In this document: piece by piece, positions 55,788-64,000 of the stretch
Layout of the letters: each line of letters starts with the position of its first letter
Position numbering within the stretch: position 1 is the stretch's first letter
DNA from: a virus
DNA: 64,000 nt
Virus record (IMG/VR): IMGVR_UViG_3300024346_000012
Direction: 5' to 3' (one strand)
The notes under the pieces: generated by a model
Seen by the model: only the letters and a program-made list of their open reading frames with translations
What the model was told of the DNA's origin: nothing
The model's database searches: none
Translations under genes and position numbers: made by a program

Positions 55788-57623
55788 CTATCCAAAAACC
55801 AAACCTGCAGCCCAATGTAAACCCCAAGCTACAAATCCTGATGACCCGGTATAACCACGTGCACCACCTGGACCTGGTCCCCCTGCAGGACCTGGTCCTC
55901 CCGTATTACCTTTAGAGCCAGTGTAGCCGCGAGGACCTGCTCCTCCGCCAGGCCCCGGTCCTCCTGTATCGCCTTTAGAACCGGTATAACCGCGTGGTCC
56001 ACCTGGACCGCCTGGTCCGCCTGGTCCTGGCCCTCCTGTATCACCTTTAGAGCCTGTGTAACCGCGTGGACCTCCTCCGCCGGTATCACCTTTTGAACCA
56101 GTATAACCACGTGGGCCGCCAGGACCGCCAGGACCGGCAGGACCTCCTCCGCCGGTATCACCTTTTGAACCCGTATAACCTCGTGGACCGCCCGGACCGC
56201 CTGGTCCGCCTGGACCTGCTCCTCCGGTATCGCCTTTTGATCCGGTATAGCCGATGGGCCCTTGCCCCCCGGTATTACCTTTAGAGCCGGTGTAACCGAT
56301 AGGACCCTGCCCACCGGTGTTACCTCTTGAACCAGTGTAACCGATAGGACCGATAGGTCCCTGAATACCTTGAGATCCAGTATATCCTGCAAATTGTCCA
56401 GCATCAGTCCAAGAAGATCCAGTCCACACGTAAAGATTACCATTTGCTGTCACAATATACGCATCACCTGGAGTATTACCACTTGATGGTAATGCTGCAA
56501 CGGTTGCAACAGTTCCTTGAATAGCGATGGATGTACCATCAGATCCTCTTGATCCAGTAAACCCTCTAGAACCTGTAAAACCAATAACGCCTTGATCGCC
56601 TTTTGATCCGGTATAGCCGATGGGCCCTTGAGGACCAGTTCCTCCGGTATCGCCTTTAGAGCCTGTAAAACCAATAATGCCTTGATTACCTTGAGATCCA
56701 GTGTAACCAATGATTCCTTGGGAGCCTGTAAAACCAATAACGCCTTGAGGACCGGTACTACCTTCAGAACCAGTATAGCCGATAATTCCTTGAGAGCCCG
56801 TAAAACCAATAACGCCTTGAGGACCGGTGCTACCTTCAGAACCGGTATATCCTATAGGACCGATATCTCCGGTATCGCCTTTAGAACCGGTATAACCAAT
56901 GATTCCTTGAGATCCAGTGTAACCTATAATACCCTGTGATCCGGTATAACCAATAATTCCTTGAGATCCAGTAAAACCGATAGGACCGTTAGTTAAGAAA
57001 CTAACTACTAGATTTGAATCATTACCTATTGACCCAAGTTGACCAGAAACATAAGTCACTGTAAAAAACTTACCGTTTCCAGCAGTTTGAACACTGCCAG
57101 TTATTTCATATATTAAATAATCGCCAGAATTTACATCGTCACTTTTCAGTAGTAGCTTACCTCTACTAGCACTAGTTCCGCTATCATCCCACGTATCAAT
57201 ATAAGATCCCCAAGAAGCTCCGTTATTAGCATTTTGATGTAAACCAATTTGTGTTGCACTCGCAAGTGTTACATTATTAAACAGAAGTTGTCCCGCAACT
57301 GTATAAGATCCACCGGTAGAAGTTGCTGTGGTACCTGTATCTACCTGATAAACGTTTCCAGAATTAGCACCAGAGCCAGTAAATCCTCTAGAACCCGTAA
57401 ACCCTAATGAGCCATCATCCCCTTTAGAACCTACAAACCCTAATTCACCTCTTGAACCAGTAAAACCTGATCCTTTAGAACCAGTAAAACCTTGCGATCC
57501 AGAATATCCAAAGTTTGCTTGAGTTACCCATGAGGTGCTTGCAGAATCATAAACCCAATCTACAGAGTTTTGAGAATATGTATCACCGTTTGCTGGATTA
57601 GGTGGAAAATTTAGAAATGCCAT
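55788..57623 (-). CDS. Collagen-like fibre protein with G(F/Y)TGS repeats
   Basis: Long Gly-X-Y runs (GYT-GSQ-GII, GYT-GSK-GDT, GPG-GPG-GPR) interrupted by two globular knobs; N-terminal NFP..P..GD.Y...W.YD domain. Confidence 0.88.
   Translation of the reverse strand: MAFLNFPPNPANGDTYSQNSVDWVYDSASTSWVTQANFGYSGSQGFTGSKGSGFTGSRGELGFVGSKGDDGSLGFTGSRGFTGSGANSGNVYQVDTGTTATSTGGSYTVAGQLLFNNVTLASATQIGLHQNANNGASWGSYIDTWDDSGTSASRGKLLLKSDDVNSGDYLIYEITGSVQTAGNGKFFTVTYVSGQLGSIGNDSNLVVSFLTNGPIGFTGSQGIIGYTGSQGIIGYTGSQGIIGYTGSKGDTGDIGPIGYTGSEGSTGPQGVIGFTGSQGIIGYTGSEGSTGPQGVIGFTGSQGIIGYTGSQGNQGIIGFTGSKGDTGGTGPQGPIGYTGSKGDQGVIGFTGSRGFTGSRGSDGTSIAIQGTVATVAALPSSGNTPGDAYIVTANGNLYVWTGSSWTDAGQFAGYTGSQGIQGPIGPIGYTGSRGNTGGQGPIGYTGSKGNTGGQGPIGYTGSKGDTGGAGPGGPGGPGGPRGYTGSKGDTGGGGPAGPGGPGGPRGYTGSKGDTGGGGPRGYTGSKGDTGGPGPGGPGGPGGPRGYTGSKGDTGGPGPGGGAGPRGYTGSKGNTGGPGPAGGPGPGGARGYTGSSGFVAWGLHWAAGLVFG
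55830..56990. repeat. Imperfect tandem DNA repeats encoding collagen triplets
   Basis: Recurrent ccggtatcgccttt, gtgtaaccg and ggaccgcc units. Confidence 0.8.
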
Positions 57624-57626
57624 ATA

Positions 57627-60600
57627 TTAAGTCCCCGCGACTTTGCCTTTAAAGTTTCTTTCAGGATCGAATTCTACAAAAACGCCAGAAACGTCTTTAT
57701 CCCAAGTTGCTTCTGAGTATCCTGTTACTAAGAAACTAGAACCGTTATTATCTATACTGTATGAAAAGTCAGAAGAACCAGAACCAACTTGGTACTTAGA
57801 CCAACCTTGGTAATTACCTAATCCATCAGAATCAAAATCAAATATACCTAGACCCATATCTTTTAATCCAAACGTATTCGCATCATCAGCAAATGCACCA
57901 GCAGTATTACAAACAACTCCGATTCTACCATCTAGTAGCTTAGAACTAGCTTTTCCGTTTTGTTCTATTTCTTCAGACGTTTCTGAACCTGTTTGAAAGC
58001 CGTTAGACCAAATATCACTATCATAGTTGAAAGTAATAATACCAATATCTTCAGATCCAAATGTTTGTGCATTGTTTACTGAGCCAAAAGTAGTATATGA
58101 AATGGCTAATGAATTAGGTAGAATTTCATTTATATCATGTAGATTCATACCTTTGTCATTGAAACCAGAACCTATGTTATAGTATTCAGCATTCCAAGCC
58201 CTAGGATTAAATATTCCTAAAAATATATCATAGCCGCCAAATTGTGTTCCGCCTGCTAAATTACCTGTTGTTCTACCAGTAAAGGCAATGTGACCTTTTT
58301 TGGCTCCGCCTGATCCTGTTGAAGTCTGAATCCAGAATGGATGTGCTCTATTATACACAGTGAAATTAATTGTGTCACCCGTATCTATAGTTATAGTTGG
58401 GTTATTTACTGCAGGATTAATGTTACCTACTCTATCTGTTCCAGAGAATCTAAATGCAAGAGGTACATTATCGTACATAGCAGTAATGTCAATTGATGAT
58501 GTAGATCCTTGTACGTCTTGGACTACAATTTGTCCATTCATAGAACTATGATTACCACATTGATAGTAGTAAGTACCTGCTACGGTTGGTGTCCAACTTA
58601 CTGTACCTGCAAACCCGCCGTTGTTTACTGCTTCTGGGTCTGTGACTGCTTTAGATGTTCCTTCTAGCTCTGTAAGGGCATAGATTTCTTCATCACCGTC
58701 ATCACCGTTTTGCCATAATCTAAACTCACTGCTTGCGATATCCCACTGAGCTAAGTAGTAGTCATAAACTCCTGATAAGCCTGTGTTTGTTTTAGCTATA
58801 TTACCAGAAACCTGACCACCAATATAGTAGTATTCTCCGTCTGAAGATTTTATGACATCGTAAGCAAATACGTTACCATCATCTGCAGTCGCATCGCCTA
58901 CAGTAGAAATCTGGTGTATTTGAAACAGATTATCTGCTCTATGAATAATATTACCTGCGGCTTTTTCTTTTCTATATGTTTCAGTATTCAGGAATTCTTG
59001 TAAATCATCTTTATCTACAATAGCCATAAATCCAGTGAATAGACCGTTTGCGCCGTAAGACCCGTTATATTCTAAACCGTAGTATGATCCATCTATCAGT
59101 GACGTTCCTATATCACTAGAAGTGTATAATGCATCATTGTATGTTGGATTTGAAACTTCTACCTTAGTAGTTTCTATAGCAGTTTCGTTAATAGTATTAA
59201 TAGTAGCTGAATCATAATAATATGCATTGGAAGTAGAAGCTGTAGTGTGATAAACACCTGTTCCCCAACCTTCTTTATCACCTCTAAACAATACTCCGTC
59301 TTTACCCTGTGAGTGAGATGTTGAACCTCCTACTGTAACAAAATTACGAGTAAGATGATCCCAGACAATATCTTTCCCTATATTATCTTCACCCATGTGG
59401 CCCAAAGTATTATTAAAATATATTGATCCATCATTAGTGTTAATGCCGCCAAGGAGAGTATCAGCCCTCATAAGAGTCCCGCCGTCACTGTCCATATTTA
59501 AACCAGTACCAGTAAAGATTACTCTATGATTTCCATTATGAAACTCTTCATCTTCAAAGAACCACCACGGCCTGCTGTCAGAATCTTCTACTAGCAAGCT
59601 ATTAACTTCTTCAAAATAACCCAATGGAGAATTAATTTGTTTTGACCATTCAACGTCAACAACATAGCTTGCGCTATCAGCTATTTTTACTTTTTGCATT
59701 ATTGCAAAAGAACTATGTCCTCTTTCTAGCATCATAGCACCCATAGTACCGCTATAATCTTCTGCGCCTGAAGCTAGAGATGTGTCTTCTTTCTTACCAC
59801 CTAAAATTAGCTCGTGTGTTGACAAATCAGAATCGTATTTTATTAAAGCTATATCAAGCCATGCTGCCTCATACTCATCCCAACTTTGAGCATCTGATAG
59901 TGTATTGTTCGAATAGTTAATATATTTTACAAGATTAGCATCACTTATAGAAGCCATTCCCCATGCAGGACTTCTGTGAACACTTCCAGCACTGCCATTA
60001 GAAACTGAACCGCTAAAGAAGAATTTTCCGGTATCATCTCCACCAGCTACTACATTATTAACATACATGCTAATATCAATACCGATTTCACTCAAATCTC
60101 TAGTAGATGTAGTATTACCATCAGTGTCAATTACAACTAACGCACCGCCCTTAAAATCTCCAGTATCAGCAGCTGAGTTGTGTAGGAATGTCGCAATATA
60201 TAATGTGCCTGAATTTTTAACTAACGTAGCAGAGGTTGGTTTAATATATAAGTTAGACTGAGATAATTTTTTTGACCAAATAATAGTATCGCTTGAATCA
60301 ATTTTTACAATTATAGTTGAGCTATAAGGAAAGCTTTCATTATATGTGTATCCTACGACGTATTTGTCACCTGTGGCTTCATCGTGCAATATATCCACGC
60401 TGACATCATTTCTAAAACCAATATCTATTTTTTTAGATGAGCTTAACGTAAAATTCTTATCGTAGTTTGCTAAAAACAGTTTACCGTCTAAAGTGTCAGT
60501 TCCAGCTACAGTATAATCACCATTATTATCTCTTATGATAGATTCAAAACTACAACCTGAAGAATCAACAGTGTTGCTAAATCTTCTAGCCCAGCCATGC

Positions 60601-62837
60601 ACCCACTGTTTAGATTTGTCGGCTAGCTCACCTTTTGCATAACCTGATAATACTAGCTTATTATTTTCAACATCTTCTATAATACCTGTAACAAAGTCGT
60701 CACCTTCTAGTCCATAACTATAACTTACAGAGTTGTTTTCATTATCTACGATAGTAAGAACCATATCTCCAGATAATTCATTTCCTAAATTACCAGGAGC
60801 ATTTTCTACTCTGCCTACAAGAGCTTTTCTTCCATCTGATAAGTAAATACCTTGGAAGTAATATTCGGTCGATCCGGTATTAATTTCTTTTCTGTTATAG
60901 AATTGTGGAGAAGCTATATCCCATTGAAGAATGCTAGTACCATTTGGAATACCTTCTGGTTCTAACTGGTTTTTTCTAGTAACTATACCGGTTGCATTAT
61001 TGTATGATAAATGACCAGATGTATTGCTATTACGATTAATAAACCCACCTGTTGTCGTTTCATAGTCTAGATGTTCATAACCGGCAAAACTACCACCGGC
61101 CAAATCCCAACTGTATAAGCCATCGCCGCTGTAGGTTCCAACTCCATCGTCTCCGCTTAATAGTGTAAAGTATTTAGTATTTTCTGCATTGTATTTAAAA
61201 CCATGCACTCTTAGAGGGTTGCTTGGCGGATTCGTTACGATGTTACCTTCAAAACTGATGTCTCCGCTGGAATCAATCTGAGTATCAAAGCTGTACATCT
61301 GAGCGCCGCCGGATTGACCACCTGCAGCTGTGATATAACCGTTTGAACCCACAGATGTAATTAAAGCACTAGGATATACGTCTGTTCCTTCAAAAGGATA
61401 AGGCATATTAATACGTTCTAAAGTACCAGGAGAAATAGTATTAGCGTCTGTTACTCTCCATATCTGAAGATCGGACGCAGTAGAAAGTTCGGAGACAACA
61501 ATCTCGCCGTACATACCATTATGCACCGTACAGAAATAGTAATAAGTTCCTGCACTTTGCGGTGTAAATGTTACAGTATTAGTACCGTTACCTGAAGATC
61601 CTGGAGCATTAATTCCACTAGGGCTTCCGCCATTGTCTGTGAATACATTCATAGGATGCACGTTTAAAACTAGGTTAGTGAAAACCATAGTGTCGCCAAC
61701 CTTCATAAGAATATCAGGTTGAATTGCTACCCCATCAAGAGTTCCTGGTTCTTGTCTATCTGTACCTAATACTTTATACTTATTTGCCTGATTGTTTAGT
61801 TGAACTGTAAAACTTTTCGGTTGTGCCTGCATAACAACAGGCCAGTAGATATAAGATCCAAACGTATGTCCGCTACTTATAGAAAAAGTGTAATCTCTTT
61901 GTACGCCTTCAGCTTCTTCGTTACCTCCAGGATAAGGATTAAAGGTAGGTTTTTGTATTTTAAAATCACCATAATTAACTTGAGCAGTGAAAGAACCTGA
62001 AGAAGATGTAAATGTTCTAGAATAAACAGTCCATTCACTATCAGCGTTATTTGCATCTTCTAAATAAAATGCATGGAATCTATTTGAACTACCTTTTAAA
62101 ATTCCAGCTGGAAGATAATTAATTCCGGCCTGATTAGGAAGCGTAACGTCATTGTGTGAGTTATGTGCACCACCAACTGATGGAGTATGGATTCTTGCTA
62201 GAGGTACCGAGTAGGCCAAGCCGCCAGACTTAACTAGGATATTAATCATATATCCGTACTGTTTATCAGAAGGCCTAATAAACCCATCTGATCCCCAGGT
62301 TAATCTACCATCATCAAATTTAGAATAGTTAGAAGGTAAGTGCTTGTGATATTGGTAGTATTCCCACTCGTCGCCTTGATTTCTTTGATACATTCTATCC
62401 CAATAGAATGCGTCATCTTCGAGATCCCCGCCACCTCCAACGCCGTTGTTACCATATTGACCAATGTGCGAAAACATAAATGCATCGTTTTCAGAAACAC
62501 CTGTAATATCATTGGAACCAGTACCAATGTGCTGGCCAGCTCCACCATGATATTTTTTTGCGGTTCCGTCCCAAGTCTCGCTAATCCAAGCAAAAGTTCC
62601 ATCGGTTTCAGCATAAGTAGGCTCACTACTATTTAAATAATAAGAAGCATCTATATGTAAAGCCGAATCCCATTTATATAGTTCAATAGCATTACCAGTT
62701 TGCGTAGTATTATTAACTATATCGGCAGGATGATACACATACCAATAGCCATTATCAGCGATATGGTGCTGAACAGGTAAACCCAGAAAATCTGAATCTA
62801 CTAAGGAAACTTCTTGTGTTAGATTAGCAATAGCCAT
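57627..62837 (-). CDS. Large virion structural protein: beta-propeller repeats with two cupredoxin-like inserts
   Basis: SBBP-like repeats (G.T.G.L....G.YD..L...); HP...YYY.C..H..M.G.IVV type-1 Cu motifs. Confidence 0.75.
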   Translation of the reverse strand: MAIANLTQEVSLVDSDFLGLPVQHHIADNGYWYVYHPADIVNNTTQTGNAIELYKWDSALHIDASYYLNSSEPTYAETDGTFAWISETWDGTAKKYHGGAGQHIGTGSNDITGVSENDAFMFSHIGQYGNNGVGGGGDLEDDAFYWDRMYQRNQGDEWEYYQYHKHLPSNYSKFDDGRLTWGSDGFIRPSDKQYGYMINILVKSGGLAYSVPLARIHTPSVGGAHNSHNDVTLPNQAGINYLPAGILKGSSNRFHAFYLEDANNADSEWTVYSRTFTSSSGSFTAQVNYGDFKIQKPTFNPYPGGNEEAEGVQRDYTFSISSGHTFGSYIYWPVVMQAQPKSFTVQLNNQANKYKVLGTDRQEPGTLDGVAIQPDILMKVGDTMVFTNLVLNVHPMNVFTDNGGSPSGINAPGSSGNGTNTVTFTPQSAGTYYYFCTVHNGMYGEIVVSELSTASDLQIWRVTDANTISPGTLERINMPYPFEGTDVYPSALITSVGSNGYITAAGGQSGGAQMYSFDTQIDSSGDISFEGNIVTNPPSNPLRVHGFKYNAENTKYFTLLSGDDGVGTYSGDGLYSWDLAGGSFAGYEHLDYETTTGGFINRNSNTSGHLSYNNATGIVTRKNQLEPEGIPNGTSILQWDIASPQFYNRKEINTGSTEYYFQGIYLSDGRKALVGRVENAPGNLGNELSGDMVLTIVDNENNSVSYSYGLEGDDFVTGIIEDVENNKLVLSGYAKGELADKSKQWVHGWARRFSNTVDSSGCSFESIIRDNNGDYTVAGTDTLDGKLFLANYDKNFTLSSSKKIDIGFRNDVSVDILHDEATGDKYVVGYTYNESFPYSSTIIVKIDSSDTIIWSKKLSQSNLYIKPTSATLVKNSGTLYIATFLHNSAADTGDFKGGALVVIDTDGNTTSTRDLSEIGIDISMYVNNVVAGGDDTGKFFFSGSVSNGSAGSVHRSPAWGMASISDANLVKYINYSNNTLSDAQSWDEYEAAWLDIALIKYDSDLSTHELILGGKKEDTSLASGAEDYSGTMGAMMLERGHSSFAIMQKVKIADSASYVVDVEWSKQINSPLGYFEEVNSLLVEDSDSRPWWFFEDEEFHNGNHRVIFTGTGLNMDSDGGTLMRADTLLGGINTNDGSIYFNNTLGHMGEDNIGKDIVWDHLTRNFVTVGGSTSHSQGKDGVLFRGDKEGWGTGVYHTTASTSNAYYYDSATINTINETAIETTKVEVSNPTYNDALYTSSDIGTSLIDGSYYGLEYNGSYGANGLFTGFMAIVDKDDLQEFLNTETYRKEKAAGNIIHRADNLFQIHQISTVGDATADDGNVFAYDVIKSSDGEYYYIGGQVSGNIAKTNTGLSGVYDYYLAQWDIASSEFRLWQNGDDGDEEIYALTELEGTSKAVTDPEAVNNGGFAGTVSWTPTVAGTYYYQCGNHSSMNGQIVVQDVQGSTSSIDITAMYDNVPLAFRFSGTDRVGNINPAVNNPTITIDTGDTINFTVYNRAHPFWIQTSTGSGGAKKGHIAFTGRTTGNLAGGTQFGGYDIFLGIFNPRAWNAEYYNIGSGFNDKGMNLHDINEILPNSLAISYTTFGSVNNAQTFGSEDIGIITFNYDSDIWSNGFQTGSETSEEIEQNGKASSKLLDGRIGVVCNTAGAFADDANTFGLKDMGLGIFDFDSDGLGNYQGWSKYQVGSGSSDFSYSIDNNGSSFLVTGYSEATWDKDVSGVFVEFDPERNFKGKVAGT

Positions 62838-62840
62838 AAA

Positions 62841-63209
62841 TTATGATCCTGAAATTGGAATACCCGGGCGAAATACAATGTCTGTAGTGTTGATAGCAAA
62901 CCCAATAAATAAAGCTCTAGTTGAAGCAGTAGGTGTGGGAGGCGATGATTGTATATTACCGCTAGTTGAAAGATAGTAAGCCTGCCCTGGCGTTAGTCCA
63001 GTTAGTCCTGAAATTGTTCCAGCTGCGTAGTATTCATCACCTATTTTAAATAATACATTAAAAAGCTGTGAAGATGTATCAGTGTTTGCTGCATTTACTA
63101 CGGTATTAGATCCAGATATTCTAACCACCTTACCATTATCCCCGCCAGAAATACTGGGTACGGTAATAGCATCGGCCGAAAGTGTACTGGTTGATTTGAC
63201 GAATGCCAT
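62841..63209 (-). CDS. Virion structural protein (cement/decoration-like)
   Basis: GLTPG..YYLS..G motif common in phage structural proteins. Confidence 0.55.
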   Translation of the reverse strand: MAFVKSTSTLSADAITVPSISGGDNGKVVRISGSNTVVNAANTDTSSQLFNVLFKIGDEYYAAGTISGLTGLTPGQAYYLSTSGNIQSSPPTPTASTRALFIGFAINTTDIVFRPGIPISGS

Positions 63210-63210
63210 T

Positions 63211-64000
63211 TTATACTCCTTCTCTAACGAGTTCTAAATAAACGGTTGGGTTAATAGCACCAGTGTTATCTGAATTAGAAACTAAAAGTTCTAAAAACGT
63301 ATCTGCTGCTATGTATACTGTTTGATCAAGTTCTAACTGATCATTAGCTGACATGGTAGATGTACTAATTGAGGTTTGTACTGCGCCTGCTGTTGTTTGT
63401 CTTAAAGTTATAGTATAAGAATTTTTAGATCCTGCTGATGAAGTTTCAACTAGAGATCTAATCTTATAATACCCAGAAGCTCTTGCTGTTAAACGCTCTG
63501 GCTCAGTATTATACCAATATAGATCGCCAAGTACATTAGCGTTGGCGTTAAAATCCACATTTGAAAAATCAATTGCCGTAGGAGTCGAAGTCGTACTTAC
63601 TGCATTTGTTACAACACTTCTTACACCACTAAACGCATTATGGTTAGATATTCCTGTTCCCGGCGCGAACCCTATTCTATACATTGTAAAATTGGTATCA
63701 GTAGTTAAAGCTCCTAATCCAGTAGTCTCTTGACACTGTACAGTGATAAAATCGCCTTCTACTAGAGAAATAGTTTCATCAAAGTTAACATTTTGATTAG
63801 CGCCAAAGGATATTTCACCTAATAAAATAGTAGTATTTTTATAAATTCTAGCAGTATAGGAAGATCCTGTACCTGAAGAATCACTAAATAAAGAAGCTAG
63901 TACTCTATAGAATCCAGTACTAGGAGCTATAGATTTTATATTGTCATCTGAATAATAGTTATCAATATTAAATTCTACAGTGTTGAATGCCCCACTGCAA
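63211..64000 (-). CDS. Virion protein with repeated C1q/TNF-like modules, partial (begins upstream of the window end)
   Basis: Frame open to the window edge; repeated FNAN/FNID...SGYY.I / TGFYR modules. Confidence 0.55.
   Translation of the reverse strand, partial: CSGAFNTVEFNIDNYYSDDNIKSIAPSTGFYRVLASLFSDSSGTGSSYTARIYKNTTILLGEISFGANQNVNFDETISLVEGDFITVQCQETTGLGALTTDTNFTMYRIGFAPGTGISNHNAFSGVRSVVTNAVSTTSTPTAIDFSNVDFNANANVLGDLYWYNTEPERLTARASGYYKIRSLVETSSAGSKNSYTITLRQTTAGAVQTSISTSTMSANDQLELDQTVYIAADTFLELLVSNSDNTGAINPTVYLELVREGV

Noticed and set aside
55829-56939. Repetitive alternative-frame ORFs and repeat DNA resembling an array
   Set aside because: By-products of collagen Gly-X-Y coding; no constant repeat with unique spacers and no cas genes, so not CRISPR
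959-63733. Numerous plus-strand ORFs of 60-152 aa in the ORF track
   Set aside because: All are antisense shadows of well-supported minus-strand genes and lack recognisable motifs
50850-64000. Diversity-generating retroelement or invertible tail-fibre cassette
   Set aside because: No reverse transcriptase, recombinase, TR/VR pair or flanking inverted repeats seen

Overview
A 64-kb segment of a large T4-like (Tevenvirinae/Kyanoviridae-style gene order) myophage genome, with essentially all genes on the minus strand. In transcription order (high to low coordinates) it contains: tail-fibre and virion accessory genes (a 1736-aa propeller protein with cupredoxin inserts, a collagen-like fibre, six tandem paralogues); a 998-aa multi-glycosyltransferase; the core morphogenesis block (gp13-14-15-16-17-18-19-20-67/68-21-22-23-3); uvsY/exo/uvsW; gp55-47-46-45-44-62-regA; an hsp20 operon; gp43; an AEP-type primase; a kdsA-kdsB-cupin-tagD-ugd sugar-nucleotide island; uvsX-gp40-gp41; thyX; and an accessory region. 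The host is inferred to be an alphaproteobacterium, probably Rhodobacteraceae/Roseobacter, from a circularly permuted two-piece tmRNA (tag ANDNFAPSGFALAA), a Rhodobacter-like atpE, DUF1127 and a ROSE-like thermometer. Best candidates for novel biology: (1) a putative new cytosine-hypermodification pathway, made of a T4 gp42-like dCMP hydroxymethylase, an HMUDK/aGPT-Pplase1-like protein and an SGNH protein (the latter two end in the same sliding-clamp motif as the DNA polymerase), with KDO/CDP/UDP-sugar enzymes at the loci where T4 keeps its glucosyltransferases; (2) a phage ATP synthase c-subunit that keeps the proton-carrying Glu but has lost the F1-coupling loop, in a heat-thermometer-controlled operon; (3) normal and circularly permuted type-1 copper domains in a virion protein. 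All family assignments come from motif recognition and remembered homologues; no database searches were run.
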